Source: Octopus vulgaris (Eukaryota). Taken from it: DNA of 64,000 nt. Where the stretch lies: the NCBI GenBank assembly GCA_951406725.2, contig OX597830.1:3720001-3784000 (forward strand). Reading direction: 5' to 3'. Below are positions 26,019 through 44,678 of this stretch, piece after piece (positions within the stretch are counted from its first letter, which is position 1; each line of letters opens with the position of its first letter). Under the pieces are notes generated by a model. The model was not told the origin of the DNA, searched no databases, and saw nothing but the letters and a program-made list of their open reading frames with translations. The translations under genes were made by a program, and so were the position numbers.

Positions 26019-27407
26019 GGTAGGTGAAAAATATTATTTTATAAAGACATTAATTTTACAATAGACTGATGATGATGATGATGATGATGGTGGTGGTAGC
26101 GGTGGTGGTTGTGGAAACGGCAACAATGATGATGATGATGACTAAACTGCCTTCAGTGTGTCTTTTCTGATGGATGCTGGCAGTGTCACCCCAGTAAAGC
26201 CTTGTCTGAGGTTCTAGTCATCAATGTCCAGTTTTTGCCCCTGGTCAATGCATAACTAAGACTACAGCATCCAAAATTTGTTTTCATTATAACGGGGGAG
26301 GAAATCTGAAAGAAGAATGGCTGTTCTACAGCTGATGGAATGATCTCATTGGTACTCAGTCATTCCATTTTAGAGGGTAGAATTTCATATAAATATACCA
26401 AAGATGATACCATTTGTATGTGTTTGGCATTGGCAGTAAACAGAACAAAAATACAGTGTAAGAAGTGTGTTAAAGCAGATGATTGCCTCACACCATGAGA
26501 CAAATGACATATAATAGCAAGACCTTATGGAAACAAAACTAAAATTTTCCTCAAAGATCATTTTCTATAATTTTTACCTCAATTCTGTGTCTTACAACCT
26601 GAAAGCTTTTCATTTAAAAAGCTCTATAATTTGTGCCACTGATTACCATCAAAATACAATTTCATCTGTTAGTTCTCTTTCTCTTTCTCTCTCTCAAACT
26701 ATACCCAAAGTGATTTACAATGATTATTCGTAATTACAAGTCTTTATTAGTTCTGGAAATTATCTAACTTTTGAAAACTGCTGTGAAAATTATCTTTGGT
26801 GGGAGACCTTCACACTAAAATGCCTGCTGCTCTGTCAGGAAGAAACAGAAACCTTCGCCAAATAAATGGCCAGGCACTTGTTAGTTGGTGTTTCCCCTTG
26901 TTTTCACTTAAGTGCTGTCTTTACCAGAACCATTGATTTTTGGTGCTGCCACTACCATTTATAAACACTGTTTTTACTATCAGATCTCAAACACTTCCAG
27001 AGACAACTCAAAGTATAATTCTGTCTTATCTTTCTCCATAGCTTCTTGTTCATGTTTTTATTTTTGTAATGTAAGGAACGATGTAAGTGAAGTCAGTTTA
27101 TTTGTTTCATTGGTTTTATATAGATGTGTGTTCTCTGTTACTCTTTCATTTCTTTCTCTCTTTCTTTCTTCCATTTCCTTCCTTCTTTATTTATTTTTGT
27201 TTTGGTAATTTAAGAAATAAATTCAAGAAAATTTCAGTTATCTGAGATTATTAAATCAAATTCTGTATTGATTTTTCAAGTATTTTATTATTAATATTGT
27301 TGTTGTTGCTGTTGTTTTTGTTGCTATTATTGTTATTATTTGTAAATGGAGATAGCTTTAAACAGTTCTATTTTATCAATCAATATTTATAGAGCAACAA
27401 AATGGGG

Positions 27408-27458
27408 AATATATATATATATATATATTTAAATATATCTCTATCCAAATATATATAC

Positions 27459-27507
<49 letters not shown>

Positions 27508-27639
27508 CATATATATGCATATATATATACATATATATACATATATATACATATATATGCATATATATGTACATATACATATATATACATACATATATAT
27601 ATGTATCATATATATATATATGTATACATATATATATAA

Positions 27640-27718
<79 letters not shown>

Positions 27719-27766
27719 ATATATATATACCTATACATATATATATGTATACATATATATATACAT

Positions 27767-27810
<44 letters not shown>
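27408..27810. repeat. Compound (TA)n/(TG)n/(TACA)n microsatellite
   Basis: Read directly. Similar tracts at 10170-10315, 31850-32300, 42182-42410, 44370-44790 and 53070-53390. Confidence 0.95.
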
Positions 27811-27813
<3 letters not shown>

Positions 27814-28377
27814 CTTAGCCTTCAGTTCATGAATATATGTGCATATTTGCACATATCTAACACACACAGATATGCACACACATATATACATATCCCATAC
27901 ATATACCAAATTCAATTTGACTCTCCACGTTATTATTGGAGAACAACTACAGTTAACTGTGAGAATTCCATAGTTCGGCAAAAATATTCTTTGATTTCTC
28001 CATACCCTATTGATTAATTTGTTAAACTTTCCCATCTTCAATATGTCTTACCGGCACACCTCTTTGTTATCTTATAATCGTGTCCCTATGTTAGATGTAA
28101 ACTTTAAAAAATATCTCTTGCTTGTCTAAGTGGAAATTTGATATTCTTCGCTGATATGTCATTTATTTGTTTCCTTTCTATTAAAATGAATGAATTAATA
28201 TTAAGGGTAGAAACACATGTAGACACACACATGCACACCTACACACAAACATATCTCTCTCTCTCTCTCTCTCTCGCTATATTTGTGTGTGTGTGTGTGT
28301 ATCTGCGTATATATATATATATGTGTGTGTGCGTGTGTATACACAGATATATGTGTATGTAAGTATGTTTATTCATA

Positions 28378-28445
<68 letters not shown>

Positions 28446-28451
28446 TATATG

Positions 28452-28495
<44 letters not shown>

Positions 28496-28497
<2 letters not shown>

Positions 28498-28906
28498 CAC
28501 AGGAGTGGCTGTGTGGTAAGTAGCTTGCTAACAACCACATGGTTCCGGGTTCAGTCCCAGTGCGTGGCATCTTGGGCAAGTGTCTTCTGCTATAGCCTCG
28601 GGCCGACCAATGCCTTGTGAGTGGATTTGGTAGACGGAAACTGAAAGAAGCCTGTCGTATATATGTATATATATATATGTGTGTGTATGTGTTTTTGTGT
28701 CTGTGTTTGTCCCCCTAGCATTGCTTGACAACCGATGCTGGGGTGTTTACGTCCCCATCACTTAGCGGTTCGGCAAAAAGAGACCGATAGAATAAGTACT
28801 GGGCTTACAAAGAATAAGTCCCGGGGTTGATTTGCTCGACTAAAGGCAGTGCTCCAGCATGGCTGCAGTCAAATGACTGAAACAAGTAAAAGAAAAAAAA
28901 AGAAAA
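28496..28906 (+). mobile_element. tRNA-derived SINE family 1, full-length
   Basis: Colinear with 14451-14862 and flanked by (TA)n on both sides. Confidence 0.9.
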
Positions 28907-28950
28907 ATATATATATATATACTTGTATGTATATATATGTATATATATAT

Positions 28951-29179
28951 CTGTAAAATAATATGTGACAATTATTCGCTAGCCATGATAAAACTTTGAG
29001 TTTCAGATGCCGAGGTGGAAATCCACACCACCATCTCTTCAGTTATCTGGCCTTCGGAAAAAATGCTCCTTTCCAATGGCAGATAACTGAAGAGATGGTG
29101 GTGTGGATTTCCACCTCGGCATCTGAAACTCAAAGTTTTATCATGGCTAGCGAATAATTGTCACATATTACTTTTACAG
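28951..29179. mobile_element. Near-perfect palindromic element (~100 bp arms) in (TA)n, each arm carrying a hammerhead-like motif (family B)
   Basis: 28951-29049 is the reverse complement of 29080-29179 with one indel and a 30 nt spacer. TA repeats lie on both sides. Confidence 0.85.
29082..29142 (+). ncRNA. Putative type I hammerhead ribozyme (mirror copy on the minus strand at ~28987-29047)
   Basis: Stem I GATAA/TTATC; core CTGAAGA; stem II GATG...CATC with one extra T before GAAA; stem III ACT-CAA-AGT; predicted cleavage triplet GUU. Confidence 0.6.
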
Positions 29180-30193
29180 ATATATATATATATATATGGC
29201 TTCTTCAAGTTTCTGTCTACAAATCCACTCACAAAGTTTTGGTCAGCCCAAGATTGCAGTCGATGGTGCCACAGGGTGGGATTGAAGATCACATGGTTGA
29301 GAAGCAAGTTTCTGAACTGCATCACCATGCCTGTATATGTGTATGTGTGTGTATACATATATGTGTGTATGTGTCTGTGGGTGTATGTATAAATATTATT
29401 ATCATTATTATTAAGGCAGTGAGCTTGCAGAATCATTAGCACACTGGGCGAAATGCTCCGCAGTATTTCGTCTGCTGTTATGTTTAGAGTTTAAATTTCA
29501 TCAAGGACAATTTTGCCTTTCATCCTTTTGGTGTCGATAAAATTAGTACCAGTTATCTACTGGGTTCATTGTGATCGACATAATCTCTTCCTCCCAATTT
29601 GAGGTCTTGTGCTTCTAGTAAAAAGGATTATCATCATAATCATTATCATTATTATTATTATTATTAAGATGGTGAACTGGTTGAATCCTTATAGCACTGG
29701 GCAAAAGGCTTGTTGGCATTTCATCCATTCCTATGTTCTGAGTCCAAATTCCACCAAGGTTGACTTTGCCTTTCATTCTTTTTAGGCTTGATAAAATATG
29801 TAACAGTGAAACACTGGGTGCAATTTAGTGGACTTAGCCTCTTCTCTGGAATTGGTGGCATTGAACCAAAATTGGAAATCATCATCATTATTATTATTAT
29901 TATTTAAAAGAGTTTCATTCAGTTTCACGTAACTGAGTTTCGATGAGTTAGAATCCTGTAAAGAGTCTAGGAATCTTTAAGTTGCATGAAACAGAATGAA
30001 ACTGTTCTAAATAAGATATGTAACACTTCGTAGTCTATGTATACATTGGTCTCTCTCTCTATATATATATATACATATCTGTGTAAACACACATATATAT
30101 ATACAGATACATATATATACTTATATATCTATATGTATATATATATATATATATATGCGTGCCTGTGTATATATAAATGTATATATATATACA

Positions 30194-31467
30194 TACGAGG
30201 GGCGTTCAATAAGTAATGCCTCTGACCCACTTGCATTTGTTTGATCTAGCTGAAATTTTGCATGTGCACTTATTTATATCTCTATAGATGAAGTGGTGAA
30301 TTACAGCTCTGAACTAATTGTGGTTTCTGATCTACAGGTGTTTGAACTGAGTCAAGTGTGAAATAGAGCCTGTTGAGTGTCGCGCAGTGATCTGATTTTT
30401 GTATTTGAAAGGACGCACACCACGGGAGACTTTTGATGAAATGAAAGTAACTTATGGTGATGATGCCCCATCATATGACCTTGTAAAACGCTGGCATTGT
30501 GAATTCAAACATAGTCGGAACTCTGTGGAAACAGCTCCCAGATCTGGTTGCCCCCTTCTGCCATTGATGAGATGTCTGTCCGTCAAGTTGAGGCTGCCAT
30601 TTTGGAAGGTCAACGCATAACTATTCGCCAAATAGCCCATTAGGTCAAGATTAGTACCGGGTCTGTGGAAACTATCATTCATGACCATTTGCATATGCAA
30701 AAGGTGTCTGCCAGATGGATTTCCAGGTTGCTCACACCTTTCCAGAAGCAAGAACGCGTTGAGTGCTTGAGGATGAATTTGGAGATGTGCCAAGAAGATG
30801 AGTCAAAATTTTTCAAAAGACTGATCACACAGGATAAAACCTGGGTCCATCACTATGATCCAGAGACCAAAGCCCAGTCAATGCAGTGAAAGCACCGTGA
30901 CTCACCTCCTCCAAAGAAGGCAAGGGGGCAGCCCTCCACTGACAAGGTTATGCTCACAGTCTTCTGGGACCAGGACGGAGTAGTGAAGACAGATTTCCTG
31001 GCAAAGGGTACCACAATTACAGGAGCCTATTATGCTTCACTTTTGAGGAAATTAATTGAAGCTATCAAAATCAAGAGGCGGGGCAAGATCAGCAAAGGCA
31101 TCCTCCTCCTGCAGGACAACGCTCCGGTCCACAACTCGCGTGTCGCCAGATCAGAAGCACAGGTGTGCAGCTATGAACTCCTCCCCTTGCACCCTCTGAT
31201 TTTCACCTCTTCCCAGCCATGAAGTTGATTTTGAAAGGAATGCGTTTCCCAGATGATGCAGCCTTGATTTCTGAAGTCACGTCGTGGTTGGAGGACCAAG
31301 CTGGGGTCTTCAACAGAAACGGTCTCCAGAGCTGTATCAAACGATGGGAGAAATGCATAACTCTGAGTAGTTCCTATGTAGGAAAAGACTAATAACTGTG
31401 CCAAGTGTCGTTGCTCTACTGCTATGGGAAGTGGGTCAGGGGCATTACTTATTGAACGCCCCTCATA
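30194..31467 (+). mobile_element. Mariner DNA transposon, full-length, defective; copy 2 of the same family
   Basis: Same TIRs (TACGAGGGGCGTTCAATAAGTAATGCC ... GGCATTACTTATTGAACGCCCCTCATA), colinear with 651-1933 and flanked by TA-rich microsatellite. Confidence 0.96.
30363..31392 (+). pseudogene. Mariner transposase pseudogene
   Basis: ATG changed to ATA at 30363. Internal stops near 30641 and 30887, the same C-run frameshift as copy 1, and a deletion removing HPPYSPD. LLLQDNAPVH is retained. Confidence 0.92.
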
Positions 31468-31491
31468 TATGTATACATACATATATATATA

Positions 31492-31535
<44 letters not shown>

Positions 31536-31936
31536 TACACACACATATACACATTTGATATATCTCCTACTTATATCTTTTTAGCACACTAAAATAAAGT
31601 GTTGCCCATACATATTGAAATACATATTAACAAACATTAAAGTAACAGGATCTGATAGCTTAATGTTATTCTTTTTTTAAATGTGTATTTCAATATTTCA
31701 ATTGGTATGTTAAATAGATTCAAGTTTGAGATATTGGAAATATCAATACCCATGCAGAGATAATATTTTCTCTGCATTTCCTTGGACTTCTTTAAAATCC
31801 CTTTATATGTGAATAATTTTCTTGCTATCATCATGATATACCACTTCAAGTATACATACATATATGCATACATACATACATATATATATATGCATATACA
31901 CACACATGTATATATATGTGTGTGTGTATGTGTATG

Positions 31937-31986
<50 letters not shown>

Positions 31987-32135
31987 TATACATATAAATA
32001 TAAATATACATATATGTGCATGCATATATATTTACAATACGCACATATATACATACATAAATATATATATATATACATATATATATATATGTGCATGCAT
32101 ATATATTTACAATACGCACATATATACATACATAA

Positions 32136-32190
<55 letters not shown>

Positions 32191-32437
32191 TATATATTTA
32201 TATATATATCTATATACATATTCATATATTTACAATACACACATATATACATATAGCACATATAAAACATATACATATATGCATATATACATACATACAA
32301 GCATACGTACAATTCTCTTGCTAGTTGTTGACTCCATACATTCTCAGTTCCTCGTATGATTTTCCATGACAATTTCTACCTTTTAACATTTCAACAAACT
32401 CCTCATGGCTCACTGAATCAAATATATATATATTATA

Positions 32438-34177
32438 CAGTCCAACTAAGATCAGTGAGATACTTAATGACCAGTTCAAAAGTGTCTTTACCACCCTATT
32501 GAAACACAGACAAGTGAACGAACCAGTGGACTTCTTTGCCGCCTCACCTATAACCAGCGAGGCAGTTACAATAGAATACATTGACATTAGCAAAGAAGAT
32601 GTCCTACTAGCCATAGATGATGTGGACACAAACTCAACTGCTGGTCCTGATGGTTCCCCAGCAATCCTCCTCAAAGCCTGTAAGCATGCCCTGGCAAAAC
32701 CCCTCAAGATTCTCTTCCAGAGCTTTCTTAAAAATGGCAAACTGCCAAGCAAGCTGAAGGAGGGAATAATATGGCCAATACATAAAGGGGGAAGTAGAGC
32801 AAATGCCAATAACTATAGGCCTATCTCTCTGACTTCACACGTCAGCAAAATCATGGAACGGATAATCAGAAAGAAACTAATCGCATTCCTTGAGAAAAAT
32901 AACTTGCTGAGTGATACCCAGCATGGTTTTCGACCAGGTAGGAGCTGCCTGACCCAGCTCTTACAATATTATGACTGGGTGTTGAGGCAGTTACTCAACA
33001 AATCAAATGTGGACGTAATATACCTTGATTTTGCAAAAGCTTTTGACAAGGTGGATCATGGTATGATATGCCACAAACTGCATGACCTCAGCATAGCTGG
33101 AAAACTTGGAGTGTGGTTACATGACTTCCTGAAAGACAGGAGTCAGGCAGTAGTGGTTAATGGAGCCACCTCTATGAACACACAAATAGTGAGCAGTGTT
33201 CCACTTGGCCCTGTCTTGGGACCACTGCTTTTTATAGTGGCCCTATCAGATATGCCCTCAAATGCATGGATAGCCACTCTGGCAAGCTATGCAGATGATA
33301 CGAAAGTCTCGCAGAAAATACAGAACCCCAGCGATGTTGCACACCTGCAGCAGGAGTTGGACTCAATCTACAGATGGGCTGAGGATAATAATATGCATTT
33401 TAATGCTGAAAAATTCCAGGCCCTGCGCGACCAGCATCCAAAACTGAATATTAAACTTACAGTGAAGATACCTATTTCCAAGTGCACATTACCAAGATGG
33501 TGACAAAGTGCAAATGACTGGTTAGATGGATCCTAAGAACATTCAGAACCAGAGATAAGGAAACCATGATGGTCCTCTGGCGGACATTAGTCCTCAGCCG
33601 CTTGGATTACTGCTCACAGCTATGGTCACCCACCAATGTGAAATTAACAGCAGACCTTGAAGCAATCCAGAGAAGATTCACAAAGAAGATCGTCTCTTTG
33701 CAACAGCTCAGCTACCGGGAAAGGTTGAAACAGCTAAGACTCTCGGGAGAGGTATGCAGTAATATATGTCTGGAAGATCCTGGAAGGAATTGTGCCAAAT
33801 TTTGGCATTGTAAGCTACACCAATGCTAGAACGGGACGACACTGCATAGTGCCAAAGATCCCAGCAATGCTATCACGCTTCAGGACCGGCTACTGCAATA
33901 GTCTGGGTTTCAAGGGCCCACAGCTTTTTAATATTCTCCCAAAGAGTCTGAGGAACTTGCACAAAGTAGATGTAGCGGTTTTAAATCAAAGCTGGACCTC
34001 TTCATATCGAGAGTCCCAGATGAACCCACCTCACGGCAAGAGGTGAAGATGATGGTAGCTATATCAAACTCCATTCTTCACCAAGTGCCACATATTAGAG
34101 GAGACTCTTAGTAATAACAGTGTAGCACAAAACGGCGGTGCATCAGCATGGCCACAACTCTGAGCTGAACAAAAAAA
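32438..34177 (+). mobile_element. 5'-truncated CR1/L2-group LINE with intact 3' end
   Basis: RT region followed by C-terminal fragments (33566-34046) and a 3' end GGCGGTGCATCAGCATGGCCACAACTCTGAGCTGAACAAAAAAA. Both ends lie in (TA)n. Confidence 0.93.
32499..33503 (+). pseudogene. Non-LTR reverse transcriptase domain (CR1/L2 group)
   Basis: AGPDG, NYRPISLTS, QHGFRPGRSC, YLDFAKAFDKVDH, VLGPLLF and YADD (33288-33299). Downstream frameshifts and a deletion. Confidence 0.93.
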
Positions 34178-34178
34178 T

Positions 34179-34528
<350 letters not shown>

Positions 34529-35905
34529 GTTCCGGTTTCGTAGAGGAAGGATGTATTTGCTTTCGCTTTGTGAAAAAAAACAAAGGTTTGCATAAACCGA
34601 CGAAATAATCTGCTAAAACTGATAAAAAACATAGAACTTGTTATCTCATAGCGGTCTACTAGGATATATTAATTAAAAACCGTAATATATTTCGCTTGAA
34701 GCCAAATATAATATGCTAAAGTTAGTTACGCACGCAAGATTTTCCGTCGAAAATGCATGTGGTGGCAATTCGTAAGTTTATTTCCAGCCGACTGTAAGAA
34801 ACAAAAAAAAATTGTTTTCTTTTCTTTTTTGAAAGAAAGCTTCTTCGTATAGGGACACTGATTTGGAATTTCTGCCTTTTGTGGATAAGTACCCCTTTTC
34901 ATTCGTTTAATTTCCTGTAATTCAATGTAACGTCTGAGTTAGGACCTCATCTTTGTTTACATTCTGTGAATAATTTTCTCTCAATTTCTGTTTCAGCGCC
35001 CACTTCGCTTTTATCAATTTCTCACTATATCTCTTTAAAATTATTCAATTTTAGATAGGCATATATTTATTTGTTACTTTATTTATATATATATATATAT
35101 TTACTTACTTGTTACTTTATATATTGTACTATCCATGTAGAATCTTTTGAATAACTTCTTCTCTTTCATTACTTTCTCTCTCCCTCTCTCTTTCTCTGTC
35201 TCTTTGCCTCTCTCTGTCACGCCATCTTTCCCCTCTCAGCCTCTCATTCTTCCTAAATATATAGACGCGAACATTAGAAATATAGTCATAATTAGTTTAG
35301 AAGGAAACTTTCGTAGTTACAGATAGATAGATATTTATAATTAGTTTAGAAGAGAACTTTCGTAGTTGCAGATAGACAAATATTTATTTGTTACCTTATT
35401 TATATATTCTACTATCTAAAGAAGAATCTTTTGCATAACTTCATCTCTTTCATTTCTTTCTCTCTCTGTCTCTTCACTTCTCTCTATCACAACATCTTTC
35501 TTCTCTCAGCCTCTCAGTCTTCCTAAATATATAGACGTGAACATTCTCCTCTCACTCTCTCTCTCACTTTCTTCTTATCTTCTCTCAGCCGCTCAATTTT
35601 TGCATAACCTCCCCTCTTTCAATTCTTTCTCTCTCTGTCTCTTCACTTCTCTCCTTCATGCCTCTTTCTCTGTCTCTTCACTTCTCTCTGTCACACCATC
35701 TTTCCTCTCTCAGCCTCACAATCTTCCTAAATATATAGACGCGAACATTCTCCTCTCAATCTCTCTTACTCTCTTCTTATCTTCTTTCAGCCGCTCAATC
35801 TCTCTAAATACACGCTTTCTTTCTCTATTTCTTCTCTTACCCTCTATCACACTGTTAAATTTTAAATATAATTAGATAGATTAATAAATAAAATATCCAA
35901 AAAAA

Positions 35906-36630
35906 ATGTCCAGAACCTGGAGGAGCATGGAATTAGCATTGTTTATAAGAGCCTTGTAATGTGCTGACGGAGATAATGCGAACAACATAATTACAGCTGC
36001 GCTGAAGAGCAATGGTTACACAAGGACGTTAGCACAGATAGAGCGAAAGAAGCAGGAGTTTATACGCTCCTATGCACTCATAAGATCTCACATCAGCACT
36101 CTTAATGCCATCTTTGACAACGAACAAAGCAAAGATAACAAGGATGGAGGCACGGGTAGACACCCAGGACAACAAAGGAGATTCAAGAAAGAAACCTGCC
36201 CAGGAAGTAAACACAAGTGCAAGTGCCCCTACCAGCATCAAAAGCCAAAACCATGCAGATGAAAGAGCCCAAAAAGAAGTAAAAGAAGGAAAAATTAAAA
36301 CTCAAAAAAACCAAAAGATGAAACAGCCAAGGAAAGAAGCAAACCTGACTATACATATACCAAAAAGGATAGAAAGAGACAGCACACACGAATGTGTAAA
36401 TTCTAACTGAAAGGTGTCTGCTGGCATGGAGAGGCGGGTGCAGGCTGCCGTTTTGCACACCGAAGACCCTGCCACATAAGTATGAAACAGGGCAGAAACC
36501 AACTACCAAAAGTAAAAGGAAAGGACTACGCACCACCTGCTGCAAAACAGAGGTACGCAGATGTAGTGCGTGTTACAAGCCATCAACATGATATTGAAAG
36601 GGCAGCTGCTGAACAAGAATCTTTTTTGTG
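35906..36630 (+). pseudogene. LINE ORF1 remnant with CCCH-type zinc finger
   Basis: ATG at 35906 (MSRTWRSMELALFIRAL*), a Lys/Gln-rich region, then CKF*LKGVCWHGEAGAGCRFAH at 36395-36460. Confidence 0.65.
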
Positions 36631-36659
36631 CATGGCACAAAAGATTGTACAACAGCTAA

Positions 36660-42212
<5,553 letters not shown>

Positions 42213-42290
42213 TATATATATATATACATATATATTATATATATATATGTATATATATATATTATATTATATATATGTATATATATATAT

Positions 42291-42321
<31 letters not shown>

Positions 42322-42363
42322 TATATTATATATATGTATATATATATATTATATATATATATA

Positions 42364-42412
<49 letters not shown>

Positions 42413-42413
<1 letters not shown>

Positions 42414-43410
42414 AAACATAGTAAATAGGGTAATAAAAATAAGTTCTTATTACCAGTGACCTAGCACAAAAGACGAATTAGTCATTAGACTATACGTGGT
42501 TAATATCTAGATCCGCACCCGGTGGAAAAAATGGAAACTAAAATGTGTAACAGTTGTAAGGCATCGTATATTGACGTAATAAGACGGAAAAAAAGGGCGC
42601 TGACGAAGGGGGTGGGGAGTGGGGGGGGCTCGGAAAATTCCCAGGATCAACCGTAGAGGATCATGGAAAAAAATATGTGTAACAGGTGTAAGGCATCGTA
42701 TATTGAAGGAATATGACGAAAACAAAGCGCGCTGACAAACGGGGGGGGGAGGGGGCTCGGAAAATTGCCTACGATTTAAAGAAAAATTTACCATCAATTT
42801 TCACCATTGTGTTTCTGATTCGCGACCCCATGTCGAATTTATCGATTTTTTTCAGAACTGGGGGAACTTTTCAAAATTTTCGCTGCGTTAGTTTTGAATT
42901 ATGACATTGGGCTATGTGTGTGAAATGCGTTTAAAATGGTGAAAATTGATGGTAAATTTTTCTTTAAATCGTAGGCAATTTTCCGAGCCCCCTCCCCCCC
43001 CCGTTTGTCAGCGCGCTTTGTTTTCGTCATATTCCTTCAATATACGATGCCTTACACCTGTTACACATATTTTTTTCCATGATCCTCTACGGTTGATCCT
43101 GGGAATTTCCCGAGCCCCACCACCCCGTTTGTCAGCGCGCTTTTTTTCCGTCTTATTCCGTCAATATACGATGCCTTACAACTGTTACACATTTTCGTTT
43201 CCATTTTTCCCACCGGGTGCGGATCTAGATATTAACCCTATACGTTATTCATATATAAATATATTAAAAGGCTTCCAAATAAAGAAGCAAGTGCTAGATA
43301 CGCAAGGAAGGCATAAATTCATGAAATGGAATGAAAATAAAAAACGTTTACCATCTCAGCTATTCCTGGGTAATAAGAATTTATTTTTATTACCTTATTT
43401 ACTATGTTTT
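42413..43410. mobile_element. Foldback/MITE-like non-autonomous DNA element with nested inverted repeats
   Basis: Outer TIR 42413-42454 / 43369-43410. Inner ~310 bp inverted repeat 42498-42808 / 42935-43237, each arm with two ~130 bp-period subrepeats. CpG-rich. Confidence 0.85.
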
Positions 43411-43979
43411 AAATATTGCTCGATAAATTTGCTAGTAAATTTTTACGGGCATTTCCTCTGTTCGCCGGGTATAGTTTGCGTCTGCGCACTGGTCTGAAAA
43501 GTTAGAGTATACAGATCGTGAACTGTGTTCACCACGCGTGCAAGCATGCATAAATTGCATGAAAAATAAAAAATCCAGATATAAAAACGAATCGCCGTAA
43601 ACATTGGTAGAAATTCGGCAAAGAAGTGAATTTTCGGGATGTAGCCTGGAGGGTTTTTTCGTATTAATCGTTTGGACTTTGTGAACACATACCAATTGTT
43701 TTCATGACATTTTTAAGGTCTTGAATTAAATGTGACCATTTTGCGTTGAGTCTGCAGTTTGAATCACTTTAACCAAATTTTAGCAGGCCGGACTTTTTAT
43801 CATCACGATACATCGCCAGCGACTCCTTGAAACACACCCCTGAAATCCCCATTGAGAAATCTATGTATATAAAACTCAACTTGTGTGTCTGTGTGTGAAT
43901 CTGTGTGTGTGTCTGTGTGTTTTTAACTTTTGGATCTACCAAGTTTCATTATTAAGGATGGAAAGTAGTGTGTAGCAAA

Positions 43980-44368
43980 TCTATATATATATAAAGCTGA
44001 AGTTGTCTGTGTGTGGCAGGTTTGGTAGCCTTCAACTAGCACTATCTCCTTCGACCCTGTAGCGCAAGTTGACCAAAATTGAGAGTATGATAGAAGAAGG
44101 CTTGCTCTTCATTCTGTAGAAGATAAAATTCAAATCGGACCATGTTAACACCAAAAATTATTTACATCAAAAATGTGCTTTTTTTCTATGAAAATCCCTA
44201 TTTTTTACGATTTTTGACTGCTGTGTCACCATTTTCCGGTGTATTTCAACTGCAAAAATGTTCACTTGAAGAGAATAACAAGTTGCATAATGCAAAATTT
44301 TTACTTTTCAAAAATTCCAATTCTAGAGGGTCGAAACAAACCCAAGCAACACCGGGTGGTACTGCTAG
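43980..44368 (+). mobile_element. Non-autonomous Helitron
   Basis: 5' A|TCTATATATATATAAAG, subterminal hairpin CCCAAGCAACACCGGG (44341-44356) and 3' CTAG|T. These are the canonical TC...CTRR ends inserted between A and T. Confidence 0.85.
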
Positions 44369-44373
44369 TATAT

Positions 44374-44431
<58 letters not shown>

Positions 44432-44625
44432 TTTAGATTTGCTGAACCCTAATTATTAAGTATTACTTAAGCTTACCATGAAATGGTCTTTTTCATGCCG
44501 AATTCTACTTGGTGAAATTACTGATTACTTCTTAATTAATTAATTTTACCCTTTGTTATTATATATATATATACATATTATATATGATATATATATTATA
44601 TATATTATATATGATATATATATTA

Positions 44626-44678
<53 letters not shown>

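Noticed and set aside
27376-28519. Numerous long YI/CV/HT-rich ORFs (also at 31637-32372, 34108-34632, 44553-45023, 53006-54424)
   Set aside because: They are translations of (TA)n/(TG)n/(CA)n microsatellites, which lack stop codons; not genes.
32321-32809. Antisense ORFs over LINEs and mariners (also 909-1250, 40239-40658, 36183-36545)
   Set aside because: Shadow ORFs of the sense-strand TE coding regions.
42507-43497. Mirror ORFs MMVNFSLNRRQFSEPPPPP on both strands
   Set aside because: A by-product of the inverted repeat, with no recognisable domain.
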